DNA from: Acidobacteriota bacterium
GTDB lineage: Bacteria; Acidobacteriota; Vicinamibacteria; Vicinamibacterales; UBA2999
DNA: 64,000 bases
NCBI GenBank assembly: GCA_052389315.1
Contig: JBQTIE010000017.1
Coordinates: forward strand, 60,948-124,947
Direction of reading: 5' to 3'
Both the position numbers and the translations under genes were made by a program. Under the pieces are notes generated by a model. That model was not told the origin of the DNA, did no database searches, and saw only the letters and a program-made list of their open reading frames with translations. Positions within the stretch are counted from its first letter, which is position 1. The number at the start of each line of letters is the position of its first letter. Shown piece after piece: positions 40,958 through 50,952 of the stretch.

Positions 40958-42147
40958 GTGACCACCGAGCGGGGCGAGGCCTGCGTGTTGTACTCCTTGT
41001 GCGCGACGATCCGCACCATCTCGGCCATGAGGCGGTCGATCTCGTCCTCGCTGTTGTAGAAGTGCGGCGAGATGCGGATGCCGACACCCGGTCGATAGTC
41101 CACGAGGAAGTCGCGGGCCTTGAGCGCGCGCGAGACCGCCAGCGCCTCCGGCGGATTGACGGCGACGGTCCCGGCCAGCCGCTCAGGGTCGCGAGAAGCG
41201 ATCGATCCAAACCCGTGCTGATCGGCGAGCGCGAAGAGGCGCGCGGTCAGCCGTTTGGAGGTCGCACGGATGCGGTCCACACCGACCTGACCGATGATGT
41301 CGAGGCCGGGCAACGCGGCGTAGTAGGCCGGAATGGACGGGGTGCCATTCATCAGCCGCATCCCGTCTGGCCTCGGATGCATGGCGCTGACGTCGAAAGC
41401 AAACGGCGTCCGGTCGGCAAACCAACCCGTGAAGCGAGGCCGGAGCGTCGGCGCGAGATCCGGACGGGTGTACAGAAACGCCGTCCCTGGCCCTCCGCAC
41501 AGCCATTTCAGGCAGCCCCCGACGAAGAAGTCCGGACCAAGCGACGTGACGTCGACAGGGATGATCCCCGCAGACTGGTAGCCGTCCACGAGCACGCGCG
41601 CGCCCACGGCCTGCGCGCGAGCCACCACTGCGGACACGTCCATGATGTACGACGTCTTGAACAGGACGTGCGACAGCGAAACGAAGGCGGTGCGCTCGTT
41701 GATGCTGTCGAGGATACGCTCCGCTCGGACGGTCAGGTCCGTCTCCGCCGGGACGACGTCGACCACGAAGCCCGCGGCCTCGTGCGCGCGGTAGAGATAC
41801 ACGGTTGACGGGAAGTCGGCCGCAAGGCAGACGATGCGGTTGCGGTCGGGGCGAGGAGTGACGGCCGACAGGGCCACCATCGCGGCGGTGGTCACGTTCT
41901 CGTGCATGCTGACGCTGCCGGCGGGCGCGCCGATGATCGCGCCGATGCGGTCGCCGATCTCTCGTGCCATCTCCCACCAGCGTTCCTCCCAGGCCCGCAC
42001 GCCACGGGTGGCCCAGGCGTCGGCGTACGATGCGAGCGACTCGGCGGCTCGTCGGGGCATGGCGCCGAGCGAGTTGCTGATCATGTAGACGGTGCGATCG
42101 AGAATCGGAAACTCGGACCGCCAGCGGGCGAGGTCATCGGGCGGCAT
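40954..42147 (-). CDS. PLP-dependent class V enzyme, kynureninase-like
   Basis: RSEFP, YMISNSLGAMP, DGYQSAG, GGCLKWLCGGPG, RISPHFYN. Confidence 0.88.
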   Translation of the reverse strand: MPPDDLARWRSEFPILDRTVYMISNSLGAMPRRAAESLASYADAWATRGVRAWEERWWEMAREIGDRIGAIIGAPAGSVSMHENVTTAAMVALSAVTPRPDRNRIVCLAADFPSTVYLYRAHEAAGFVVDVVPAETDLTVRAERILDSINERTAFVSLSHVLFKTSYIMDVSAVVARAQAVGARVLVDGYQSAGIIPVDVTSLGPDFFVGGCLKWLCGGPGTAFLYTRPDLAPTLRPRFTGWFADRTPFAFDVSAMHPRPDGMRLMNGTPSIPAYYAALPGLDIIGQVGVDRIRATSKRLTARLFALADQHGFGSIASRDPERLAGTVAVNPPEALAVSRALKARDFLVDYRPGVGIRISPHFYNSEDEIDRLMAEMVRIVAHKEYNTQASPRSVVT

Positions 42148-42225
42148 ACGTATCCCCGGGAGTCTACACTGGCCTTGCGGCTTGACACGGATCGCCTCGA
42201 CGGGGCAACGTGCGGCGTGCTCGAG

Positions 42226-43389
42226 ATGTCGTCCCTGTCGCTCGACCGCTTTCGCGAGCGGTTTCCCCTCCTGGCGCGGCGCGTGTACGTGAACAGCTGC
42301 TCCCAGGGAGCGTTGTCCACCGACGTCGAGGCGGCGCTCGCGGCATACGCGCACTCGTGGCATACCGGCGGCTCGCCATGGGATAGCTGGGTGGAGGAAG
42401 TCGAGCGACTGCGCGTCGCCATGGCGGAGACCGTGGGCGCCCAGCCCGATGAGATTGCCGTGATGCCGAGCGCCTCGGCGGCCATCGCCGCGGTGGCGAC
42501 GGCGCTGCCATTCGACGGGGAGCGCCGAGGTGTCGTGTTGGGCGAGTTCGAGTTTCCAACCCTGGCGCACGTCTGGCTGGCCCAGCAGCGACGAGGCGCG
42601 GCGGTGAGATGGGCGCGCGCCAGCGGCGACGCCCTTCCCATCGGCTCTTATGAGGCGGTCGTGGACGACGGCACCCTGATCGTGCCGGCGACGCACGTGT
42701 GCTTCCGCAACGGATTCCGCCTCGACATCCCACGCCTCGTGGCGCTGTGCCGAGCACGGGGTGCCTACGTGATGCTGGACGATTACCAGCACACCGGCAC
42801 CGCGCCGCTCGACGTGCATGCCCTGGACGTGGACTTCATGGTGACCGGAGCCCTCAAGTACCTGCTCGGACCGGCAGGCGTGGCGTTCCTCTATGTCAAG
42901 CGCGCGCTCATCGGGCGGCTCGAGCCCCTCGTGACCGGCTGGTTCGGGCGTGTCAATCCGTTTGCGTTCAGTGCGGCGCCGCTCGACTGGGCGCCGGACG
43001 CGCGTCGCTTCGAGACCGGCACGCCGCCCGTGCCCAATGCGTTCGCCGCGCACGCGGGGCTGAGGCTGCTGCAGGCGGTCGGTATTCCACGTGTCTGCAG
43101 CCAGGTGGCCGAGTTGACCGCGCGTCTGCTCGACGGCGCGCACGATCGGGGCTTCGCGACGCTCACGCCGGAGCAGCGAGACCGGCGAGGTGCGCTGGCG
43201 GTGATTCGATCCGGCGACGCCGGTGAGCTCGTGCGCAGGCTCGCGGCCAGAGGGGTGATCGCTTCGGCCCGCGGGGAGGGCCTCCGGGTCTCGTTCCACG
43301 GTTACAACACGACCGAAGACGTGGATGCCGTCCTCGCCGCGCTCGAGGCCAACGCGCCGCTGGTTGCCAGGCACCAGTTGAGCGCGTGA
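42226..43389 (+). CDS. PLP-dependent class V aminotransferase/lyase
   Basis: RERFP, YVNSCSQG, DDYQHTG, GALKYLLGPAG, RFETGT, RVSFHGYN. Confidence 0.88.
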   Translation: MSSLSLDRFRERFPLLARRVYVNSCSQGALSTDVEAALAAYAHSWHTGGSPWDSWVEEVERLRVAMAETVGAQPDEIAVMPSASAAIAAVATALPFDGERRGVVLGEFEFPTLAHVWLAQQRRGAAVRWARASGDALPIGSYEAVVDDGTLIVPATHVCFRNGFRLDIPRLVALCRARGAYVMLDDYQHTGTAPLDVHALDVDFMVTGALKYLLGPAGVAFLYVKRALIGRLEPLVTGWFGRVNPFAFSAAPLDWAPDARRFETGTPPVPNAFAAHAGLRLLQAVGIPRVCSQVAELTARLLDGAHDRGFATLTPEQRDRRGALAVIRSGDAGELVRRLAARGVIASARGEGLRVSFHGYNTTEDVDAVLAALEANAPLVARHQLSA

Positions 43390-43557
43390 CGCGCACGGCA
43401 TCTGGTCACGCCGTCGGCCAGGCCTTCTCGCACCCTCGCATCCGTCGCATGGACCGCAGCTGTCGCGTTCCTCCACCTGTCATACCTGTCACACCCGCGT
43501 TCCCTGCCGGCCTCATCCGGTCGGCACGATGTAAGCTCGAGTAGGGGACGAAAGGGC

Positions 43558-45447
43558 ATGCAGACACACACGCTCGAGACGCGAGCCACGGTGGCACGTG
43601 AATACGAAGACGTGGTGACGACAGATGCGATGAGGGCCCTGGAGGCGCTGGCGCCTCTGGACGAGCGTCGCAGAGATCTGATGGGTGGCCGCATCGCCAG
43701 GCGCGCGGCGCGAGCCCGGGCCGGGCAGCGCCTCCAGTTCCTGCCCGCCGACGGCCTCGTGCCCGGGACGAAGATGACCGTGCGGGACGCGCGCGCCGGC
43801 AGATTCGCCGGCAGCGAGATACCACACGATCTGCAACGCCAGTGGATTCAAGGCACCGGCCCCGCCGCTCGCCCAGGGGCGTCGACGGCCCGGAGCCTGC
43901 GCAACATCGCCTACGCGCTGTTGTCGGGCGCCGACGGCTGGATGTTCGACGGCGAGGACGCGCTTGGCCAGGTCTCGACGATGGCGCTCGACAACCAGCG
44001 CAACCTGGCGCTCGCGGTTCACCGCGATCCGCTCTTCCTGCGGACCGCCGAAACCGTGGCCGGCGAGATGAACGCGTGGGCGCAGGCCTTCTTCGGCCAC
44101 CCCATCGTCGACGACTGGGCGCGCCAGCTCGCCTTCACCACGAAGATGTTCCGTGCGCGCGGCCTGCATCTCGATGACCGCCACATCCGCCATTCGAATG
44201 GCACCGGGTTTTCGGCCTCCATCGTCGACGCGACGCTGTATGTCGTGAACAACCAGCGGCGTCTGCGCGAGGCCAACTCGTCTGTGATCTTGTATCTGCC
44301 GAAAATTCAGACGGCCGAAGAGGCCGCGTTCTGGCACGACCTGCTGTCGGTCCTCGAAAGCCATCTGTCGCTACCGATTGGCACGGTGAAAGCCTACGTG
44401 CTCGTCGAGCAGATCGAGGCGTGCTTTCAGTTGATGGAGATTCGTGCGGCCCTGGGATCGCGGTTCGTCGGCTTCAACACGGGGCGGTGGGACTACATCA
44501 ACAGCGTGTCGGACGAGATGTCCTGGGATGCCACCTTCCTCAACCCGAACATCGATGCCATCACGATGACGTACGGCTACATGCGGCACTACGAGGATCG
44601 CGTGCGCCGTGCCGTCAACACGCCCGACGCGCTCGGTCAGTGCGCGCTCTGGCAAGGGGGGATGGAACCCAACATTCCCGTGGGGTCCGAGGCGGGCGTC
44701 GCACACGGCATGAAGCGCGCGATTGCCGGGGCCGAACGCGAGCAGCGCGAGGGCGCGAGCGGCAAGTGGGTGGCCCACTGGAAGATGGTGCATGTCATTC
44801 GGCCCGTGTGGGAGAAAAGCGGAGCCGACAACCAGCTGGGGCGCGCCTTTCCGCCGCTGACCCATACGGACGAGGACGCGGCAAACCTCCTGCTCCTCGA
44901 GCAGGCGCCGCGCACGATTCGCGGGGCAAGGGACCTGCTCAGTGTTGCGCTGCAGTATGGCAACGCCTTCGGTCAAGGCCTGCAGGCCGCGGCGCTCAAG
45001 CCCGCCGACTTCTTCGGCGATGACGCGGTGCTGTACCTGATGGAAGACATGGCGACCGGCGAGATCCGGTTGAGCATCCTCTGGGAGTGGCTGCACAAAA
45101 GGGCGACGTTGACGGCCGGCGATGGCGAGACCGGCGTGGCCGCAGGCGATCGGTTCACGACGACGCTGTTCGAACGCCTGCTGGACGAGGAGTACAGCAA
45201 GCTGCAGCAGGCGGGCGACCGCGACGTCCACGACGTCTCGAAGTCGACGACGTTGCCCATCGCACGGGAGATTGTGGAGAGCTACGTGCGCGATGAGGTC
45301 AAGCTGCCTTGGTACATCGACCTGCTGAACATCAATCTCGACAACCACGACCTGGCCGTCGCGCGCACACGCATTCGCCAGCTGACCGAAGCCTTTCACC
45401 GCGACGGGACGCGAATCACGGAAAACCCAGATTTCGCCCGCGCATGA
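43558..45447 (+). CDS. Malate synthase-family protein
   Basis: WMFDGEDA, LYLPKIQ, GFNTGRWDYINS, QGGM, GKWVAH, LMEDMATGEI. Confidence 0.88.
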   Translation: MQTHTLETRATVAREYEDVVTTDAMRALEALAPLDERRRDLMGGRIARRAARARAGQRLQFLPADGLVPGTKMTVRDARAGRFAGSEIPHDLQRQWIQGTGPAARPGASTARSLRNIAYALLSGADGWMFDGEDALGQVSTMALDNQRNLALAVHRDPLFLRTAETVAGEMNAWAQAFFGHPIVDDWARQLAFTTKMFRARGLHLDDRHIRHSNGTGFSASIVDATLYVVNNQRRLREANSSVILYLPKIQTAEEAAFWHDLLSVLESHLSLPIGTVKAYVLVEQIEACFQLMEIRAALGSRFVGFNTGRWDYINSVSDEMSWDATFLNPNIDAITMTYGYMRHYEDRVRRAVNTPDALGQCALWQGGMEPNIPVGSEAGVAHGMKRAIAGAEREQREGASGKWVAHWKMVHVIRPVWEKSGADNQLGRAFPPLTHTDEDAANLLLLEQAPRTIRGARDLLSVALQYGNAFGQGLQAAALKPADFFGDDAVLYLMEDMATGEIRLSILWEWLHKRATLTAGDGETGVAAGDRFTTTLFERLLDEEYSKLQQAGDRDVHDVSKSTTLPIAREIVESYVRDEVKLPWYIDLLNINLDNHDLAVARTRIRQLTEAFHRDGTRITENPDFARA

Positions 45448-45492
45448 GAGTCGGGCGCACGGGCTGGCCCATGACGCGGCCAGCGAGATCCG

Positions 45493-45903
45493 TCACTTCG
45501 GCGGCGCCTTGCCGAACACCTCGACGATCGTCGCCGTCACCGTCCCCGTGTTCGTGAACGTGTGCCTGGCGCCGCCCTTCAAGTACACCGATTGCCCCTG
45601 TGTGACGGGGATCGGCGTCTCTCCCTCGATGGTCAGCTGCAGCTGACCCGTGATCAGCACGAAGACGTGATAGGTCGCATCGTCATGCGAGTGCATCCGC
45701 CGTGTGGCGCCGGGCTCCGCGTAGTCGCGCAGAACCCGGAATTCTGGCATGTTCATCACCACCAGCGACGAAATCCCCGCGTCCCCGGCGACGGGTTTGG
45801 CCTGTTCGGCCCCGCCAACGGCCTGGGCACGGGCGGGCGTTGCACCAGCCACGGGCACGAGGACCGCCAGGGAGAGCACCAGAGTCTTCAAATGGTTCAC
45901 CAT
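45493..45903 (-). CDS. Exported cupin-domain protein
   Basis: Signal peptide (ARA-Q); MHSH...VLITGQL...GGARHTFTN. Confidence 0.85.
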   Translation of the reverse strand: MVNHLKTLVLSLAVLVPVAGATPARAQAVGGAEQAKPVAGDAGISSLVVMNMPEFRVLRDYAEPGATRRMHSHDDATYHVFVLITGQLQLTIEGETPIPVTQGQSVYLKGGARHTFTNTGTVTATIVEVFGKAPPK

Positions 45904-46041
45904 GTCAGGCCCGCTCCTTGATATCGTTCGCCGACAGCCTAGCAGGACTTGGTCCGGTTTCGACCGGAGACGGGGAATGCGCCTCGAGTGCTGAGTCGTG
46001 AGTGGGGCCCAGGATAGACCGACGACCGACGGAGGATCATC

Positions 46042-46623
46042 ATGGAACAGGTGATTGCCAGACTGCTGGACGAGTTCGAGGACGGCCGGCTCTCGCGGCG
46101 ACAGTTGATTCAGAGCCTGACGATGGCTGCGATCGCGGTGCCGGCCGTGGCCGCTGAGCAAGCGACGTCCCCGCGTGCCGCGAACCCGGCCCCGTGGAAG
46201 ACGGTGTGCCTGGATCACATCTCCTTCGCGGTCACCGACTATAAGAAGAGCGCCGCCTTCTACCAGAACCTGATGGGATGGGAGGTGCGCAACGACAACG
46301 GTACGAATCAGGCCTCACTGACGATCCCGAACGTGGGGAACATCATCATCCGTAACCGGCGGACCCAGGCCGACGCCGCCGGGGGGGCGGCCGCCGGCGC
46401 CCCTGGCGCAGGCGGAGGACGCCCACCAGTGACGGGGGTCATCAACCACGTGTCGTATGGCATTCAGCCCTGGGACACGCAGGCGGTCGAGGCCGAGCTC
46501 AAGCGCCGCGGGCTGAACCCGCGACCCGACATGGTGGGCGAGGACTTCAAGAGCTATCACGTCCTCGATCCCGACGGTTGGGACCTGCAGATCAGCAACG
46601 CCACGGGGTCGACGCGCGGCTGA
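46042..46623 (+). CDS. VOC/glyoxalase family protein with internal Tat-like motif
   Basis: LSRRQLIQSL; LDHISF...FYQNLMG; INHVSY; DPDGWDLQI. Confidence 0.85.
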   Translation: MEQVIARLLDEFEDGRLSRRQLIQSLTMAAIAVPAVAAEQATSPRAANPAPWKTVCLDHISFAVTDYKKSAAFYQNLMGWEVRNDNGTNQASLTIPNVGNIIIRNRRTQADAAGGAAAGAPGAGGGRPPVTGVINHVSYGIQPWDTQAVEAELKRRGLNPRPDMVGEDFKSYHVLDPDGWDLQISNATGSTRG

Positions 46624-46916
46624 GCCGTGTGTCGCTTCTCCCTCGAACCTGTTCGCGCAGAAAAACCGACACCTGCCGATCAAGCTGAACTACCTGCTGA
46701 GGCGAGGGTTCGAGCGAACCGGCGGCTCTTTCGACACGACGGCGAGAACGGCCGGACCGAAAGCCGAGGTTATAAGAGTGGCACGAGAGTATTACAAGCT
46801 CTTATTGGACCCATAACGTGTTCCTGCTTGACCTCGGGCGGCCTCCCAGCGGTAAATGTTGCCCGCGGCTCGGCAAGCTGAAACACAAACCTGATTCGGA
46901 AGGGGAGCTCGGAGTG

Positions 46917-47330
46917 ATGCGCTACGTGTCGGTTGTCCTGCTCGTCGTGTGCGTGTCGGTCGGTGCCACCGGTCACGCGCAAGCCCCTGGGGGAAGCCCC
47001 GAGGGGAAGAAGCTGAAGAACCCAGTCGCGGCGAGCCCGGCATCGGTGGCCGCGGGCCGGAAGACGTTTCAGAAGATGTGTGCGTTCTGCCACGGCAAGG
47101 ATGCTTCCGGTAACGGGCCGATGGTGCCGAAGGGCATGACCGCCCCGTCGAACCTCGTCGACGCGACGTGGGACCGCGGCAGCACGGACGGGGAGATCTT
47201 CATGATCCTTCGCGACGGCGCCGGCCCGAAGTTCGAAATGAAGGGCTTCAAGGAACGCCTGCCCGATGAAGATCTGTGGAACGTCGTCAACTATCTCCGC
47301 AGCCTCGATTCGAAGGCGAAGTCGCAGTAA
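46917..47330 (+). CDS. Monoheme cytochrome c
   Basis: Signal peptide, CAFCH, DGEIF, distal Met (EMKGF), WNVVNYLRSL. Confidence 0.9.
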   Translation: MRYVSVVLLVVCVSVGATGHAQAPGGSPEGKKLKNPVAASPASVAAGRKTFQKMCAFCHGKDASGNGPMVPKGMTAPSNLVDATWDRGSTDGEIFMILRDGAGPKFEMKGFKERLPDEDLWNVVNYLRSLDSKAKSQ

Positions 47331-47333
47331 TCG

Positions 47334-47927
47334 GTGACCCGACGCACATACCGAGCCTGGGTCGTCGTGCTGGTGGCAGGCTCCCATGCCGCCACGCTCG
47401 CCTGCACCATGGTGAACGCGCCACCGGAACCAGACCGTGCAGAGGTCTTCACGCCCGCACACCCTGATGTGGCCTCGGCGGCGCGCGCGTTCCTGGGGAT
47501 GAAGCCTGCGCCCGTGCAGCCCCTCGAGTTTCCCCACGACGTGCACGTCGCTCAAGGGCTCACGTGCACCGACTATTGTCACGAGAGCGCCTCCGAAGGA
47601 CCGGTCGCCGGCCTGCCCAGCCTGAAGACCTGCATGATCTGTCATCAGGCGATCGCGACCGATCGCCCGCGTGTTCAGGAGATGGCGGCGCTCGAAGCCA
47701 AGGGCCTGGATCTGGCGTGGCAGCGCGTGTACGGGTACGCCGCGGAGGCGCATGTCCGGTTCGATCACTCCCCACATATGCGAGCCAAGGTCGAATGCGC
47801 CACCTGTCACGGACCTATCGCCGAGCAGACCGTCGCCCAGCTCAACGTCGAGCTGACGATGGGCTTTTGCGTGACGTGCCACACCGCGCGTCGAGCATCG
47901 AACGACTGCCTGACGTGTCATTACTGA
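47334..47927 (+). CDS. Pentaheme cytochrome c (ActA/QrcA-like)
   Basis: CTDYCH (CX3CH), CMICH, CATCH, CVTCH, CLTCH; FDHSPH; ending CHY. Confidence 0.92.
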   Translation: MTRRTYRAWVVVLVAGSHAATLACTMVNAPPEPDRAEVFTPAHPDVASAARAFLGMKPAPVQPLEFPHDVHVAQGLTCTDYCHESASEGPVAGLPSLKTCMICHQAIATDRPRVQEMAALEAKGLDLAWQRVYGYAAEAHVRFDHSPHMRAKVECATCHGPIAEQTVAQLNVELTMGFCVTCHTARRASNDCLTCHY

Positions 47928-47944
47928 AGCGCTGAGCACCTCCC

Positions 47945-50224
47945 ATGGACCGGCGACGATTCCTCAAGGTAACTGCCATCACCGGCGCCAGTGCCGCCCT
48001 GGCCAGCTGTGGCCATCCCGAACATCAGATCATCCGCTTCATCCCGGATGACGACATCGTCCCCGGAATCGCGACGTGGAAGCCGTCAGTCTGTCCCCTG
48101 TGTCCGGCCGGGTGTGGCCTGCACGTGCGCGTCATGGACGCGGACGTCGATGTGGTACGCAACGGACAGCGTGGGGTGATGCGGGCGATGGTGGCCAAGA
48201 AGCTCGAGGGCCTGCCGGATCATCCCGTGAATCGGGGCGCGCTCTGCGCCCGGGGACAGGCGGCGATCCAGGTGACGTATCACCCGGATCGGCTGCGCCA
48301 CCCGCTCAAGCGATCGGGCCCGCGGGGGAGCGGCCAGTTCGAGGAAGTGACGTGGGAGGTCGCACTCGGCGAACTGACGTCGCGGCTCGACGCGTTGGCC
48401 GATGCTGGCAAGACACAGGGGCTCAGGTATCTGACACGTGCCGGCGGCAGCCAGCGCACGGACCTGGCTGCGATGTTTCTGGCGCGATTCGGGGCTCCGC
48501 CCCCGGTGAGCGTGGCGTTGTTCGACGAGGAGGTGCTCCGCAGGGCCAACGCCCTCAGCTTCGGCGTGGCGCAGCTGCCCACCTTAGACCTGGCCGGCGC
48601 GCGGTTTGTCGTCGCATTCGGGGCGGACTACCTCGGCACGTGGAACTCGCCTGTGGCACAGGCGGCCGCCTACGGCGCGATGCGTCAAGGCGTGCCGGGG
48701 GTGCGCGGCGCCGTGGTGCAGGTCGAGGCACGGATGTCGCAGACCGGGGCGAACGCGGACTGGTGGGTGGCCGCCCGGCCGGGCACGGAAGGGGCCATGG
48801 CCCTGGGTATGGCCCACGTGATCCTGCGCGAGGGGCTCGCACGAGGCGACGCGGCCGGGCGCGCCGGGGCTCTCATCGAGGGATGGGGCGCCGGCCTGCC
48901 CGAGTTTGCGCCGGAGCGCGTCGAGGCGATGACGGGGATCCCTGGGGCGCGCGTCGAGGAGATCGCGCGGGCGTTTGCCGCGAGGCGGCCCGCGGTCGCC
49001 ATCATCGGGGGGCCTGCGCTGGCCCACACGAACGGTCTGGCGCAGGCCTTGGCGGTCAACGCGCTGAACGCGCTGGTTGGCAGCGTCGGCGTGCCCGGCG
49101 GCTTGCAGTTCACGCCCCCGCTCGCGGGAGAAGGGGGCGGAGCCCTCACGCCGTTGCACAGTTTGTCAAAAGGGGTCAGCCCCCTTTTTGACTCGGTCGA
49201 GGTGCTGTTGGTAGACGCGGCCAACCCCGTGTTCCTCTCGCCGGCGGCGTGGGGCGTACGCGACGCGCTCGAAGGCGTGCCGTTCATCGCGAGCTTTGGC
49301 AGCTTTCTCGACGAGACGAGCATCCTCGCGGACCTCGTGCTTCCGGATCATTCGTTCCTCGAATCCTGGGCCGAGGCGCTGCCCGAGTCGGGATCCCTGG
49401 TCGCCGCGGCGTCTTTGGCGCCTCCGGTCATGCGACCGCTTTACTCGACGCGCGCGACGCCCGACGTCCTGCTGGACGTCTCACGACGCCTTCGGCAGCC
49501 GCTCAGTCCACCGCTGCCGTGGCAGCAGTTCGACGAGATGCTGCGGGATCGGTTTGGGAACCTCCCCGCGCAGGCTGACGGCGGCGACGCCTGGGCCGAG
49601 GTGCAGGCGCGCGGCGGCTGGTGGGGTCGGTCGCCGGCCGCTGCTCGGAGCGTTCCCTCCACGCGCTCGGCACTGAGCGGCGTCGATCCCGTGTCCCGCT
49701 CCTCACCCGCACCGTCGCCGGTGCCGTTCACCGAGCCGCGGTTCGACGGAGCGCCCGACGAGTTTCCGTTCCACCTCCTGCCCTATGCGTCGACGACGTT
49801 TTACGACGGCTCGACCGCGCACCTGCCGTGGCTTCAAGAGATGCCCGACCCGATGACCTCTGCGATGTGGAGCAACTGGGTTGAGGTCAACCCGGTGACT
49901 GCCCGGCGGCTGCAGCTGGCGGCTTCCGACATCGTGGAAATCAGCTCGCAGCATGGGTCGGTGCGCGCGCCCGTCGTCATCTCGCCTGGCGTCGCTCCCG
50001 ACGTGATTGCGATGCCGGTCGGGCAGGGCCACGACACGTTCACCCGCTTTGCGAGCGGGCGGGGATCGAACCCCATCGCGATTCTCGCGCCGCTGACCGA
50101 CTCCTCGACCGGCGCGCTTGCCTGGGCTGCGACGCGAGTGCGTCTGACACGCGTGGCCGACGGCGGTGGGGAGTTGACGTTGTTTGCGGGGCATGACGTG
50201 GAGCATCCGCACCAGCATCGGTGA
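47945..50224 (+). CDS. Molybdopterin-oxidoreductase-family subunit (ActB1/QrcB-like), Tat lipoprotein
   Basis: MDRRRFLK...LASC; CPLCPAGC...LCARGQ; DETSILADLVLP; VEVNP C-terminal domain. Confidence 0.9.
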   Translation: MDRRRFLKVTAITGASAALASCGHPEHQIIRFIPDDDIVPGIATWKPSVCPLCPAGCGLHVRVMDADVDVVRNGQRGVMRAMVAKKLEGLPDHPVNRGALCARGQAAIQVTYHPDRLRHPLKRSGPRGSGQFEEVTWEVALGELTSRLDALADAGKTQGLRYLTRAGGSQRTDLAAMFLARFGAPPPVSVALFDEEVLRRANALSFGVAQLPTLDLAGARFVVAFGADYLGTWNSPVAQAAAYGAMRQGVPGVRGAVVQVEARMSQTGANADWWVAARPGTEGAMALGMAHVILREGLARGDAAGRAGALIEGWGAGLPEFAPERVEAMTGIPGARVEEIARAFAARRPAVAIIGGPALAHTNGLAQALAVNALNALVGSVGVPGGLQFTPPLAGEGGGALTPLHSLSKGVSPLFDSVEVLLVDAANPVFLSPAAWGVRDALEGVPFIASFGSFLDETSILADLVLPDHSFLESWAEALPESGSLVAAASLAPPVMRPLYSTRATPDVLLDVSRRLRQPLSPPLPWQQFDEMLRDRFGNLPAQADGGDAWAEVQARGGWWGRSPAAARSVPSTRSALSGVDPVSRSSPAPSPVPFTEPRFDGAPDEFPFHLLPYASTTFYDGSTAHLPWLQEMPDPMTSAMWSNWVEVNPVTARRLQLAASDIVEISSQHGSVRAPVVISPGVAPDVIAMPVGQGHDTFTRFASGRGSNPIAILAPLTDSSTGALAWAATRVRLTRVADGGGELTLFAGHDVEHPHQHR
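49165..49192. repeat. Palindromic element inside a coding sequence (GTCAAAAGGGGTCAGCCCCCTTTTTGAC)
   Basis: Near-perfect inverted repeat, lower in GC than its surroundings, read in frame as SKGVSPLFD. Confidence 0.7.
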
Positions 50225-50952
50225 TGGACATGGAGCAGAACGACACTTCCGCCGCGCCTCGACGTATCCGCTGGGGCATGGTCGTCGACCTTGACCGGTG
50301 CACCGGCTGTGGCGCGTGCGTCACCGCGTGCCACGCGGAGAACAACATCCCGACGGTCGGCCCGGTCGAAGCGGCTCGAGGGCGGGCGATCCACTGGCTG
50401 CGCGTCGAGCGGTATTGGGAGGGCGAGTTTCCGGAGGCGCGATTGAAGTTCAGGCCCGTCATGTGCCAGCACTGCGATCAGGCACCGTGCGAGGCGGTGT
50501 GTCCCACCTACGCAAGCCATCACACGGCCGAAGGACTGAACGCACAGGTCTATAACCGCTGCATCGGCACGCGCTACTGTGCCAACGCCTGTCCGTACAA
50601 CGTGCGGTTCTTCGAGTTCTTCAACCCCCAGTGGGAAAAGCCATTGCACCTGCAGCTCAACCCCGACGTGTCGGTTCGCACGGTCGGCGTGATGGAGAAG
50701 TGCACCTTCTGCGTGCAGCGCATCACGGCGGCCAGGGGGCGCGCGAGGGTCGAAGAGCGATCGCTCGCCGACGGCGACGTGACCCCCGCGTGCGCGCAAG
50801 CCTGCCCGTCTGGAGCCATGGTGTTCGGCGATCTCAACGACCCGGAGAGCCGCGCGGCGCGGCTGTCGAAGTCTCCACGGGGCTCGAAGCTGCTCGAAGA
50901 TCTCGGCACTGCGCCCAAGGTGACGTATTTGTCGAGGCAGACCGAGGGATGA
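50221..50952 (+). CDS. Iron-sulfur subunit (ActB2/QrcC/NrfC-like)
   Basis: CTGCGACVTAC, CQHCDQAPCEAVC, CIGTRYCANAC, EKCTFC...PACAQAC. Confidence 0.93.
   Translation: MMDMEQNDTSAAPRRIRWGMVVDLDRCTGCGACVTACHAENNIPTVGPVEAARGRAIHWLRVERYWEGEFPEARLKFRPVMCQHCDQAPCEAVCPTYASHHTAEGLNAQVYNRCIGTRYCANACPYNVRFFEFFNPQWEKPLHLQLNPDVSVRTVGVMEKCTFCVQRITAARGRARVEERSLADGDVTPACAQACPSGAMVFGDLNDPESRAARLSKSPRGSKLLEDLGTAPKVTYLSRQTEG

Noticed and set aside
42148-43476. N-terminal extension making an 840-aa ORF (40954-43476)
   Set aside because: The extension is the antisense of the plus-strand class V gene; homology starts at MPPDDL (42147).
43476-43537. PHO-box-like direct repeat CCTGTCATA-CCTGTCACA and a GG-N10-GC motif upstream of malate synthase
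   Set aside because: Repeat period is 9 bp rather than 11, and the -12 element is AAGC rather than TTGC; too weak to call.
46789-46805. Sigma54 promoter for the ACIII-like operon (TGGCACG starting near 46779)
   Set aside because: The -12 GC is missing at the required spacing (TGGCACGAGAGTATTA).
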